Below are positions 40,122 through 49,019 of a stretch of 64,000 nt of DNA, one piece after another. The position numbers and the translations under genes were made by a program. Within the stretch, counting starts at the first letter, position 1; every line of letters starts with the position of its first letter. The notes below the pieces were generated by a model. It had not been told where the DNA came from. It ran no database searches and saw only the letters and a program-made list of their open reading frames with translations. Source of the DNA: Nitrospirota bacterium (lineage in GTDB: Bacteria > Nitrospirota > Nitrospiria > Nitrospirales > Nitrospiraceae); assembly GCA_963729585.1 (NCBI GenBank), contig CAVSOJ010000017.1, forward strand, positions 4 to 64,003, written 5' to 3'.

Positions 40122-40397
40122 ATGTCCAGAGACATACTGGCCGTAGTAGGCATCCTTGGTGTGCCTATCGCGATCGGGGTCGCTATCTTCGGGGTCGCTA
40201 TCTATTGGTGGGAACGCCGGATGTTACGACTCATTCCCTTTTTGTATTCAACGGTATTGTTATTCGTCTGGTTTGGTGAAACTGCCGAATCTTTTGCCGA
40301 TTTGGTAATGCATGCTCTGGTTGTAAATTCAGCTACTGGCTTTATGCTGTTTTTTGCGTGGTTACAAATTCGTGAGCCCCATCCGCCTGTCCGGTAG
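40122..40397 (+). CDS. small membrane protein
   Basis: 91 aa with three hydrophobic segments. Contains a perfect in-frame 15-bp tandem duplication. Confidence 0.45.
   Translation: MSRDILAVVGILGVPIAIGVAIFGVAIYWWERRMLRLIPFLYSTVLLFVWFGETAESFADLVMHALVVNSATGFMLFFAWLQIREPHPPVR
40174..40203 (+). repeat. perfect 15-bp tandem duplication TCGGGGTCGCTATCT x2
   Basis: Read directly. It duplicates GVAIF/GVAIY inside a TM helix. Confidence 0.9.
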
Positions 40398-40774
40398 AGG
40401 TTCGTCAGAAAAGACGCTTCCCGGCAGGACTAGAACCCACTTTCTCTCGGTGATACAGGCGACAGGAGAGTATTTGAGGGGTACCTGCGTGGGCCAAAAG
40501 GCCTTTGTGATTTCCTTCAGGATCAGGGCTGGAAATCGAATGGGTCAAAAACAACTGGTTTAGGGCTCCCCTTCCTGGACGACTTTTGCAACTGAAACGG
40601 CATTTTCATTTGAGTAGTCAATCAGCTTTTGACCTGACCGGACCGACCACATTTTGTCCAGACTAGCTCATTCTAGACGAAATCACCCCGGCTAGGTCAT
40701 AATTGAGCAGCCGGAAGTGTGTGTGTCGCCTCCAATGTGACAGGTGCGGCGCTTTGAGATATCCGAGCAGCTGC

Positions 40775-40797
40775 CTTGCAAAGTCGACTTTTGCAAG
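40775..40797. promoter_or_regulatory. 23-bp palindrome CTTGCAAAGTCGACTTTTGCAAG (candidate operator)
   Basis: 8/9 matching arms around GTCGA, in a 660-bp non-coding stretch upstream of 41063. Confidence 0.3.
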
Positions 40798-41062
40798 TAG
40801 GATGGGTCAGTTCTTAAATGACTCTTTCAGAGCGTAGTTAGAGCTGTCACCAATGCTCGGGCCGACTATTTCCGGGGGCTAGTCATGACGAACACTCGAA
40901 TTCATCATCGATTTCGCGACGCGGAGCGCCGACATTCACCCGCGCGTCCCTCGCAGAAATTCTCGCTCAGGGCAAATCCTCCTTGTCCTATACGCAATGG
41001 CCAATCTAAAATTCTGAGATCATCGGCGCATCACACCAGTTTGGTGTAAAGGAGCTTGTGCC

Positions 41063-41692
41063 ATGTTCAAAGCTATCTTTGATTTCGTGAACCGATTCCC
41101 TGTTGTTCTGACCACCTTGGGAGTGACTGGGCTTGCCATTGGCATGGGCGTCGCCAGCGCTGGGGAATATAACCCTATTACCAACTGTTATGATGATCCC
41201 TCAGGCGTGGCCCCTCCAGTTTGTTATGGCGACAACCGTCAACCGCAAGCTGCGACCCCGAAAATTGGCTACGACCCCTGCTATTTGAAGCAGAACGCCA
41301 TGCGCCCTTGCGAGCGGCCGTCACCAACGCCGGTGGGCGTCGATAGACATATCGTCGGCACGTGGGAAATCTCCGTGCCGAACGCACAAGGCGTTGAACG
41401 CTGGGTGTGGGAGATCCGCCCAGACGGACGCTATACCTTTCATGCGGAAGGTTCCGGAGGTACGCCAGCGCATAGCGGCACCTTCGCGGCATCCCAGGGC
41501 CACTACGTTCTCGATTCGACGACATCGGCGTGGAAGGACAATGGAACGTATCAAGTGAAGGCACGTGATACATTGGTCGCGACGGGTAAACTGGGCACCG
41601 GATCATGGCGTCGCGTTGGGCCGAACACTAAGGTCGATAGCGCGGCAGAAAGCGGAGCGCAGGCCGCGCCACAGCCGCTTAAGAAAAAATAG
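41063..41692 (+). CDS. hypothetical secreted protein
   Basis: AAAGGAG upstream of the ATG. Signal/anchor segment. No family recognised. Confidence 0.55.
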   Translation: MFKAIFDFVNRFPVVLTTLGVTGLAIGMGVASAGEYNPITNCYDDPSGVAPPVCYGDNRQPQAATPKIGYDPCYLKQNAMRPCERPSPTPVGVDRHIVGTWEISVPNAQGVERWVWEIRPDGRYTFHAEGSGGTPAHSGTFAASQGHYVLDSTTSAWKDNGTYQVKARDTLVATGKLGTGSWRRVGPNTKVDSAAESGAQAAPQPLKKK

Positions 41693-41805
41693 TCCCGCCA
41701 TTATTGCCAAAATGGTTTCTTTTTGACCCTTTGCCCTCACGATTTAATGTGCTGAAAATCTGGACCAGTTTGCGTGCACAACTCACGAGGTTCGTAAGCC
41801 GGCCT

Positions 41806-42261
41806 CTATTGTCTCGTGTACTTCCCCATCAGCTCAGCCTGTTGAAGAATGTGCCCCTGCATCACTTTCTCCAAATCCTTCTTCGTTGTGCTCGGCGGTA
41901 GCGTGACGGTGGTATCGAGCGCATACAATTTGAAGAAATATCGGTGCGTGCCAGATGGGGGACAGGGCCCCCCGTAGCCAAGGCTGCGAAAGTCTGAAGT
42001 GCCCTGCTTCATGCCATTCGGGAGCGAGTCCCGTTTGACCACATGTGCCTCAAGGACTCGCACCGTCGCTGGGATGTTCCACGCAACCCAGTGCACCCAG
42101 GTGCCCATGGGGGCGTCGGGATCATCAGCAATCAGCGCCAAGCTCTTCGCCCCATTGGGAACATCCGACCAGCTCAAGGGCGGGGACGCATCTTGCCCGT
42201 CACAGGTGTATGGCTTGGGAATCATGCCCCCGGCCTCAAATGCCGAACTTTTGAGTTCCAT
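41806..42261 (-). CDS. YbhB/YbcL (PEBP, Raf-kinase-inhibitor-like) protein
   Basis: YTCDGQDASPPLSW, DPDAP, WVHWVAWNIP, GYGGPCPPSGTHRYFFKLYALD. Confidence 0.9.
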   Translation of the reverse strand: MELKSSAFEAGGMIPKPYTCDGQDASPPLSWSDVPNGAKSLALIADDPDAPMGTWVHWVAWNIPATVRVLEAHVVKRDSLPNGMKQGTSDFRSLGYGGPCPPSGTHRYFFKLYALDTTVTLPPSTTKKDLEKVMQGHILQQAELMGKYTRQ

Positions 42262-42311
42262 CGATCGACCTCCTTTGCTCCGAAGAATGGGCCTCGGGGC
42301 ATGACCGAATA

Positions 42312-42716
42312 TCATGCTGCTCGTTTTCGCTTGAAGATGTTGACGCCTGTCAAAATTGCCGACCAGCGGTATTGCTTGGCTTCTTCGTTATCTTGCATAT
42401 CCCGTGGGAGATGCCATAAGGAGTAAATTTCCTCCTCCCCTTTGTCCTTACCGTGCAAGCCGGTCCACGCCCCTAGGGTGCCGTAGGGCCCGAAGTGGAC
42501 ACAAAAGACGATCCGATCGCCCGAGGCGAAGCCGGTGAGCTCGAATCTTTCCGTGGGAGGTGCATTCCCGACAGCGGTTCTGTATGTGCCGCTGACGCTG
42601 CCATCTTTCACCGTTAATTCCATCTCCGAGCCCAATTCATTCACCCAGACCCCAGAAAAATCACTGGCAGGTCTTTCCGACTTGTTCTGCAGGTACTTGC
42701 TGAAGTGCCGAAACAT
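42312..42716 (-). CDS. avidin/streptavidin family protein, no signal peptide
   Basis: GVWVNELGSEMEL..SGTYRTAVGN..LTG..W.G..W parallels streptavidin GTWYNQLGSTFIV..TGTYESAVGN..LTG. Confidence 0.75.
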   Translation of the reverse strand: MFRHFSKYLQNKSERPASDFSGVWVNELGSEMELTVKDGSVSGTYRTAVGNAPPTERFELTGFASGDRIVFCVHFGPYGTLGAWTGLHGKDKGEEEIYSLWHLPRDMQDNEEAKQYRWSAILTGVNIFKRKRAA

Positions 42717-42777
42717 ACAGGCCTCCTGACTCAGAAGGGTATACATGCCATGGTGTGACTGGATAATGAACTCTGGT

Positions 42778-42936
42778 TTTGTTTTTGGAACAGGCGGAAG
42801 GATACGTCAAAGTCCTAGAAAAATCGACTTCTCCACTCTCGACCATGAGAGAGGTTTTTGAATGCTGCGCACAGAACGATTAGGACGACGGAAAGTGCTC
42901 AACGCCACGCGCGTGAATCTTGCCCGATCGACGGGG
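42778..42936 (+). repeat. ~159-bp dispersed repeat, copy A
   Basis: About 85% identical to 61820..61977 in the same orientation. Lies just upstream of the minus-strand avidin-like gene. Confidence 0.85.
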
Positions 42937-43141
42937 AGCCTGAACACGTTGAACTAGCGAAAGTCGTGCGATCTCTTCTCGATGTGCGTGGTCTTGGTTC
43001 AGATTCGGCCCAGACCCCTCTCGCTTCTGTTCTTCTTTTTCGAGTCGCTCAAAGGCATCGACGGGGCGCACTCCGTTGAAGCTCAAGCATTAGGATTCAG
43101 TTAGCTCTCCAGTCTGAGCGGTTTGTGGTTCAGTGTAGTAT

Positions 43142-43756
43142 TCACGCTGGACTGAAATTGCCAGGGTGGGTCAAGGTCTCTAGCTCCTTTAGTCTCCCAG
43201 TCCGCAAATCATAAACCCATCCGTGCAGGTGAGGTCCCTGCTCCCCCGACCAGGCTTTTCGCACAATGGCCGTCCGGGCGACATTCCTCAGTTGTGCGGT
43301 GACATTGAGTTCGACCATGCGGTCGAAGCGCTGCGCGGAGTCTGACATGCGGTCGAGTTCGTCCACGTGACTGCGGTAAATTGCCTTCACTTGCTCTAGC
43401 CATTGGTCGATGACCCCGCTGTCCTCATGGCGCATCGCATGTAAGACTCCGCCGCAATGATAATGCCCGCACACGATGATGTGCTGCACCTGGAGTACCT
43501 CTACCGCGTATTGCAGGACGCTCAGCACACTCAAATCGCTATCGGATACCTGATTTGCGATGTTCCGGTGCACGAACAGCTCACCCGGATCCGATCCGGT
43601 AATGTCTTCGGGTGGCACACGCGAATCGGAGCAACTGATCCACAGAAACCCTGGCTTCTGCCCGTGGGCCCCTTTTTGAAAGAAATCTCCGCGCAGAGCC
43701 AGCTTCTCCTTCACCCAAGCTTCATTCGACAGCAACAGCTTGACGTACGGGTCCAT
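43142..43756 (-). CDS. beta-class carbonic anhydrase
   Basis: CSDSRV and HYHCGG zinc-ligand motifs. Confidence 0.95.
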   Translation of the reverse strand: MDPYVKLLLSNEAWVKEKLALRGDFFQKGAHGQKPGFLWISCSDSRVPPEDITGSDPGELFVHRNIANQVSDSDLSVLSVLQYAVEVLQVQHIIVCGHYHCGGVLHAMRHEDSGVIDQWLEQVKAIYRSHVDELDRMSDSAQRFDRMVELNVTAQLRNVARTAIVRKAWSGEQGPHLHGWVYDLRTGRLKELETLTHPGNFSPA

Positions 43757-43760
43757 CGTG

Positions 43761-45332
43761 TTAACTCTCCGGCCCGAGCGTTTTTCCCACAACATGTTTG
43801 AGCTCTACTGTGATGCCTTGGTGGTCAGCCATCTTCCGAAAGTCTCCCACAACTTCCAGAATGTCGCGGTCGATATAGGATGCCTTCGTTCCGTCGATCA
43901 ACACGTCGGCACCCTCTTCGATGGTTCGCAGTTTGGTTCTGAGTTCGTTCTTGTTGAGAAATGTCGTGTCCTTATTTAGACGAATGAGGTAGGCGTTGTC
44001 CCTGGTGACTACGGTGACCGCATCGCGGTGGTTACTGCGGAGGACGAAAAACAGTCCGAACGCGATGCCCAACAAGACCCCCTTCAGGAGATCAGTAAAC
44101 AGGATGGCCAGGACCGTCCCGAGGAAAGGAATGAACTGAGTCATGCCCAGTCGGTATACCGACCGATAGAGGTTCGGGTTCGTGAGCTTATACCCCACCA
44201 TGATGAGAATCGCGGCGAGAGACGCGAGGGGTATTTGATTTAGCAGTTGCGGGATCAGGCATGCGCTCACGAGCAAGAGCGCGCCATGGACAAAAGAGGC
44301 CATCCAGGTACGACCACCGGCATTGACGTTGGCAGATGTTCGAAGCACGACGCTGGTAAGAGGTAAGCCGCCGCAAAGTCCCGAGACCACATTGCCTGTG
44401 CCCTGTGCCCAGAGTTCTCGATTGGGGGAAGAAATCCGCCGATAGGGATCAATGCGATCTGCTGCTTCGAGCGACAAGAGGCTTTCGATGCTTGCAACAA
44501 TGGCGAGTGTGAGACTGATCGACCAAAAGTTCTGATTTGCAATTTGGGAAAAGTCCGGAAAGGTAAACTGACTCGCAAGATCCGGTAACGATTTGGGCAC
44601 GGGCAGATTTACTAGGTGTTCCGGATTGCCGATATACAGCCCAGGGGCCAATACTCGGAACCCTTCGTTCAGTATGATGCCCAGTGCAACGACCACCACG
44701 GAACCAGGTACGAGGATGAAGAAGCGCAAGGATTTCGAGGCGGCCTTTTCCCATCCGATCAGAAGGACCAAACTTAATATTGAGATCACGATCGGACCAC
44801 CGAGGACAGGAGCGGCATCGGCAAAAATGGCCGATAGCGTGTTCATGTCGCCGGGTTCCAGGAAGCTCAAGTCGCCGAGCCAGTCGAGATCATGACCGAC
44901 CGCATGGGGAATCTGTTTGAGGATCAGGACCAAACCGATACCGGCGAGCATCCCCTTGATGACGGAGTTCGGCACATAACTGCCAATTGCCCCGGCTCCT
45001 CCTAGTCCCAAAGCAATCTGAACCAGGCCACACATGACCACCGCCGCCAGGAACGTTTGGTAGGAGCCCAGCGTTTCCATTGCGGTGACGACAATCACAA
45101 CGAGTCCAGAGGCTGGGCCACTCACGCTGACCTGCGAGTTTGACAACAATGAAATCAGGCAGCCACCCACGATTCCTCCGATGATGCCGGCGAACAACGG
45201 TGCACCGGAGGCATGCGCAATGCCTAGGCAGAGGGGGAGGGCGACCAAAAAGACGACGAAGCCGGCTGGTCCATCCTGCTCCAGAAAGTGGCTTCGAGTG
45301 GGGGTCAGAGGACTCATCGGATATCGAACCAA
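43761..45332 (-). CDS. SulP family anion (bicarbonate/sulfate) transporter with STAS domain
   Basis: SulP TM core and a C-terminal STAS domain (NAYLIRLNKDTTFLNK...). Its stop lies 4 nt from the carbonic anhydrase start. Confidence 0.95.
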   Translation of the reverse strand: MVRYPMSPLTPTRSHFLEQDGPAGFVVFLVALPLCLGIAHASGAPLFAGIIGGIVGGCLISLLSNSQVSVSGPASGLVVIVVTAMETLGSYQTFLAAVVMCGLVQIALGLGGAGAIGSYVPNSVIKGMLAGIGLVLILKQIPHAVGHDLDWLGDLSFLEPGDMNTLSAIFADAAPVLGGPIVISILSLVLLIGWEKAASKSLRFFILVPGSVVVVALGIILNEGFRVLAPGLYIGNPEHLVNLPVPKSLPDLASQFTFPDFSQIANQNFWSISLTLAIVASIESLLSLEAADRIDPYRRISSPNRELWAQGTGNVVSGLCGGLPLTSVVLRTSANVNAGGRTWMASFVHGALLLVSACLIPQLLNQIPLASLAAILIMVGYKLTNPNLYRSVYRLGMTQFIPFLGTVLAILFTDLLKGVLLGIAFGLFFVLRSNHRDAVTVVTRDNAYLIRLNKDTTFLNKNELRTKLRTIEEGADVLIDGTKASYIDRDILEVVGDFRKMADHQGITVELKHVVGKTLGPES

Positions 45333-45530
45333 ATGCTCACATCAGGCATGTGGAGAGACATTTGGGAAATTTGTTTCCAGACTATAGAGCATTACGTTGG
45401 AATGCAAGGTGCCAAGCAAGCGGGTGCAGTTGAAATTGCGAATGCGACGTAACAGTACATAAACAATCTTATTTCATCAGCTTGACAGAGGGATGGCTGT
45501 TCTTCGACTGGGTGCCAGAACGGTGAGCGA

Positions 45531-45558
45531 TATTATTGAAAGGGTTCCCCGAGTGGCG
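45531..45558 (+). repeat. 28-nt conserved motif, copy 2
   Basis: See 38786..38813. Confidence 0.7.
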
Positions 45559-45877
45559 AGAGTTGCTGTCAGCTCTCTCACTGCATTTTCCACAAAACGT
45601 GAAAAAGTCCTGCCCCCAAGCCCTCGAAATTTCAGCCTGCCAAAACTAGTCTTCTGCTGTCCCTAAATTAGATGATTGGCGGACGGCCCGCTGATTAAGA
45701 GTGGAAAACAGGCAATTTTCAAAAGACTCCCTATTGCAACGGTTTCCCCCATTTAGCTAGCAATACCGAGATTTTAAAGCATTCCATCTAGTCCATAGAT
45801 TCCGATTCCTTCCTGTCCGTTCCTGCATCGTCCGGTCACAAAAAGGGTCACATCTGTCCCCCGATCAAGGAGATGTT

Positions 45878-45976
45878 ATGAAAGTTGACGACGTCGAAAT
45901 CACGATCGAGCACAGCTCGGAGTTGTGTCGTTTACACTCCCGGCTTGCCTACTTGCTGGATGATCATCGGAGATAG
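45878..45976 (+). CDS. 32-aa small ORF with a strong Shine-Dalgarno sequence (speculative)
   Basis: AAGGAG 5 nt before the ATG. MKVDDVEITIEHSSELCRLHSRLAYLLDDHRR*. It is below the ORF-track cutoff and convergent with the cluster. Confidence 0.25.
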   Translation: MKVDDVEITIEHSSELCRLHSRLAYLLDDHRR

Positions 45977-46111
45977 CATCCCGAAGGGACTGCGGAGGCG
46001 ATGTACCACAACCCCGTCCTGCTCGGCCTGCACAGCCTGCTGTTCCCTTCCTCGCAGGTGGTAGGCATCTTCGCAGTGCACCCCTTTCCTGATAATCTAA
46101 AGCTCATCGTC

Positions 46112-46777
46112 TTATCGATCGTGTATACGAAAATCAGCCGGTAATAACCGACGATAGGGTCCCGCCATTATGAAGCGAATCATTTTGTAGGGCTGAAACC
46201 CACACTGTGCATACACACGGCGGGACGGCTCATTTTCTGGCACGACACCCGTCACAGCTCGCTGAAAGCCTTTGGCGCCAAAGTACCGCATCATGTGCGC
46301 GCAGAGAGCGACCTGGATCGAGAGACCGCGAAAACCCGGCTCGGTGAATGATTCATAAAAATAGATGCTCTTGTTCGATAAGGGCATGACAAGTGACACA
46401 TAGGGGCACATGTTAATTCGATGGGGGGTCGCCCAGGCAACCGCAATCAGGCGGCCCTCGTAGCGTGCGGCAAAACAAGTATGACCGTGGCTGAAGCGGT
46501 TATGGATCAGCGACTCCTGTCCTTTGGGTTGCAGCTGGAGATACTCAGCCATGTGGGTGTCATCCAAACAGTCGATCGTCACGTCCACGCGAGGTAAGAT
46601 CATCGGCATCCGCCTGTCCAACCTTCGCTCCAGCAACAAAACTCGTCTGTACACAGTAGCCGCCAGAATCTTGAACCACACCTGTTCGAGCCGGTCTTTC
46701 CAAATTCTCACGGTAGCTCCACCTGCGACCCGACTGTTCGGCTTCGCTACTTTGTTAAAGGATTTCTGGTTTAGCAT
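46112..46777 (-). CDS. GNAT family N-acetyltransferase
   Basis: YFYESFTEPGFRGLSIQVAL..VVPENEPSRRVYAQCGFQP (GNAT motifs A/B). Overlaps the stop of the upstream gene. Confidence 0.75.
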   Translation of the reverse strand: MLNQKSFNKVAKPNSRVAGGATVRIWKDRLEQVWFKILAATVYRRVLLLERRLDRRMPMILPRVDVTIDCLDDTHMAEYLQLQPKGQESLIHNRFSHGHTCFAARYEGRLIAVAWATPHRINMCPYVSLVMPLSNKSIYFYESFTEPGFRGLSIQVALCAHMMRYFGAKGFQRAVTGVVPENEPSRRVYAQCGFQPYKMIRFIMAGPYRRLLPADFRIHDR

Positions 46778-48128
46778 GTATTCCGGGGAATCTTTGATAC
46801 ATGTCCTCAACGTCTTGCCGAGAGCTTCCCAAAAACACAAGATCGCACATCCCGTTGGCTAACCGCCCCGTGTTGTAGGGGATGACTCCATGCCCCGTAC
46901 AGGGATCGAAGAAAAACCCACTATGCATTTCTTGCAGTTCAGAAAAAGAGGCGGCCTTCGTTGTTATCTTGGCCGACAGAAAAGCCTTGATGAGAGGGTT
47001 CGAGCGTCCAGCCTGCAACGCGTTCAGACGCTCCATCAAAAATACCGGATAGGTTGCCGCATTTACTCTTGCGTTGATTTCGACAAAGATATGCTCGTAC
47101 GCCCCAGTCTCCGGATGAACATATTCGACGAAATCGAAGCCGGCCAAGCCGGTGAATCCTCTCGTCTGTAGCCACTGGGCAAGTTTCCTCGCCGAACAGA
47201 TCATGCCGGCCAGCGCCTTGGCATTCGACGGAAACACGTTGCCCTTATGCGAGAATTTCTTGTCCACGCGTTGATCAGTGGCGCCCACGCACCAAATTGC
47301 ACCGGTGTCAGGCTCCACAAACATCTGGACGTTCGGAGTCGCAACGATATCAAACATCACTTGCACGAGATAGATGTGATGAATTTGTTGCTCGACAAAT
47401 GTTCTTAATTTCCGCTCGATGTCCTCGGAAGCCCCCTCGGCAACGAATGTGCCTGATCCTGCAGCACCATATGTCCCCCTCACAATCACTCTTCCGGTGT
47501 GAGAAACATATCGCGCGATCACCTTTAGTAACGGAGTCACGTCGAAGCGGCTACAGTCAAAATGTGTGTGGAGATCGACAATCTCCCCTGGAGCCAGGGG
47601 GACAGCCAGTTCGTATGCCTTGGCATGAGCGAGATGTTTCAGGTTGGCACGCGCTACAATGTCGGCATTCCCGCCGAGGACACGGATCGGTTTGCCTAGT
47701 GCGTCCTCCAATACCGCCGCAAGATCAAATTCGGCAGACGATGCAAGGTAGGGATTCAGCACAACGCGGTTCCTGTCAGGAATCAGTTCGCGGATCGCAC
47801 GAAGCGGCTTTGCGTTGCGGAGAAGCATGCTCGCAAGTGTCCTGTCTGGGTCATCACCGAACTCAGCCTTGATTTCTATAATGCGATCGCCATTGGGACC
47901 AAGGCCTAGACTCGACAGATAGTCGACGTACCGACGATCAACGTTGCCTACGACACAGACTATGTCATCCGGTCTCGCGAGAATCAGCGCTCGTTGGTCG
48001 TAATGCTTGTACCCAGGGAGGTACGTCTCAAGGGCATTTCGTTGGACTAATGCAGTGATGTGGTGGGTAAAAATCTGAGTGACTTCCGTGTCCTCGAGTG
48101 TACGAAGGATAGATGTAATTTCGTCCAT
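46755..48128 (-). CDS. ATP-grasp ligase (pre-ATP-grasp + ATP-grasp, PGM1-like architecture)
   Basis: HIFVEINARVN (E-x-N-x-R Mg/ATP motif), GTYGAAGSGTF, 457 aa. The PGM1-like subtype is an inference. Confidence 0.8.
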   Translation of the reverse strand: MDEITSILRTLEDTEVTQIFTHHITALVQRNALETYLPGYKHYDQRALILARPDDIVCVVGNVDRRYVDYLSSLGLGPNGDRIIEIKAEFGDDPDRTLASMLLRNAKPLRAIRELIPDRNRVVLNPYLASSAEFDLAAVLEDALGKPIRVLGGNADIVARANLKHLAHAKAYELAVPLAPGEIVDLHTHFDCSRFDVTPLLKVIARYVSHTGRVIVRGTYGAAGSGTFVAEGASEDIERKLRTFVEQQIHHIYLVQVMFDIVATPNVQMFVEPDTGAIWCVGATDQRVDKKFSHKGNVFPSNAKALAGMICSARKLAQWLQTRGFTGLAGFDFVEYVHPETGAYEHIFVEINARVNAATYPVFLMERLNALQAGRSNPLIKAFLSAKITTKAASFSELQEMHSGFFFDPCTGHGVIPYNTGRLANGMCDLVFLGSSRQDVEDMYQRFPGIHAKPEIL

Positions 48129-48224
48129 TTGCGGTCACCTCGCCCACATGCGCCGACGATTATCGTTCCAGATAATAGGCCGTTGGTCCCCCGCACCTCT
48201 CAATTGAGCACCTCCGATTCAGGC

Positions 48225-48971
48225 CTATCGCTTTTTGGCTTTCATGAATAACAGCTCCCAATTCATGCGACACGCGTTTCTTTCGACGGAATAGCCCACG
48301 TGCTTTCGAATTCCCTCTACTACCTGGGCAGAGTCTGCTTTATCGACCCCGAACAACATTTGACAAAACCCTCCCATGGCCTGAGGGGAATCAAATTTCC
48401 AGTGAAACGGGATCAGCGGTGACTCCATGATCACAAACCCACATCCCGCGATCTCTTCTTGGATCTTGGCATGGATATAATTCCCTTTATGTCCCATAGT
48501 ATTGTGCTCGTTGACAAATCCGTCCAAGAATTCAGAGACTGTCGAGTGGGCTCGCACGTCAGCAATAGTGAACGTGCCTCCCTGTCTCAATATTCGATAG
48601 GCCTCGGAGAAGAACCGTTCCTTCTCATCGACATGGTGCAACGCGGCCAAGCTGATGACTTTATCCACGGAGCCGGTCTCGATAGGAATATCCTCCAATG
48701 TTGCCAGCAACACGTTGGACGCGCCATTATCCCGGCAGAGATCGGCAAACACCTCTGATGTTTCGATATGAATAAACGATGGGGTTCGATCGACAAAGTT
48801 TCTCAAATACCCACCGCCAGAGGGAACATCACAGACGATCTCTCCGTCTTTCATGTCGGCCATACGGACGACATGATGGAATTCCTCTGTTCGAGCCTGC
48901 GGGTACAGGGTCATCGCTTGATGATACAGATGACCCCTCTTTTGAAAGATATCGCGGTACGCTGGAAACAT
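48225..48971 (-). CDS. class I SAM-dependent methyltransferase
   Basis: VCDVPSGGGYL (motif I) and VDKVISLAALHH (Methyltransf_11-like). Confidence 0.9.
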   Translation of the reverse strand: MFPAYRDIFQKRGHLYHQAMTLYPQARTEEFHHVVRMADMKDGEIVCDVPSGGGYLRNFVDRTPSFIHIETSEVFADLCRDNGASNVLLATLEDIPIETGSVDKVISLAALHHVDEKERFFSEAYRILRQGGTFTIADVRAHSTVSEFLDGFVNEHNTMGHKGNYIHAKIQEEIAGCGFVIMESPLIPFHWKFDSPQAMGGFCQMLFGVDKADSAQVVEGIRKHVGYSVERNACRMNWELLFMKAKKR

Positions 48972-49019
48972 TGGTCACCTCGTGTCTTTCGTGCCCACGT
49001 CGCTCTCGCAATGAGATTC

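Noticed and set aside
45878-45976. The 32-aa ORF as a graspetide/microviridin-type precursor.
   Set aside because: It has no Thr/Ser-x-Lys-x-Pro-Ser-Asp-type core, is on the opposite strand to the ATP-grasp gene, and is single copy. It is kept only as a low-confidence small ORF.
46001-46150. A 49-codon ORF (MYHNPVLLGLHSLLFP...) after the 32-aa ORF.
   Set aside because: GGAGG lies only 2 nt from the ATG. The ORF overlaps the 3' end of the GNAT gene on the opposite strand and has no recognisable features.
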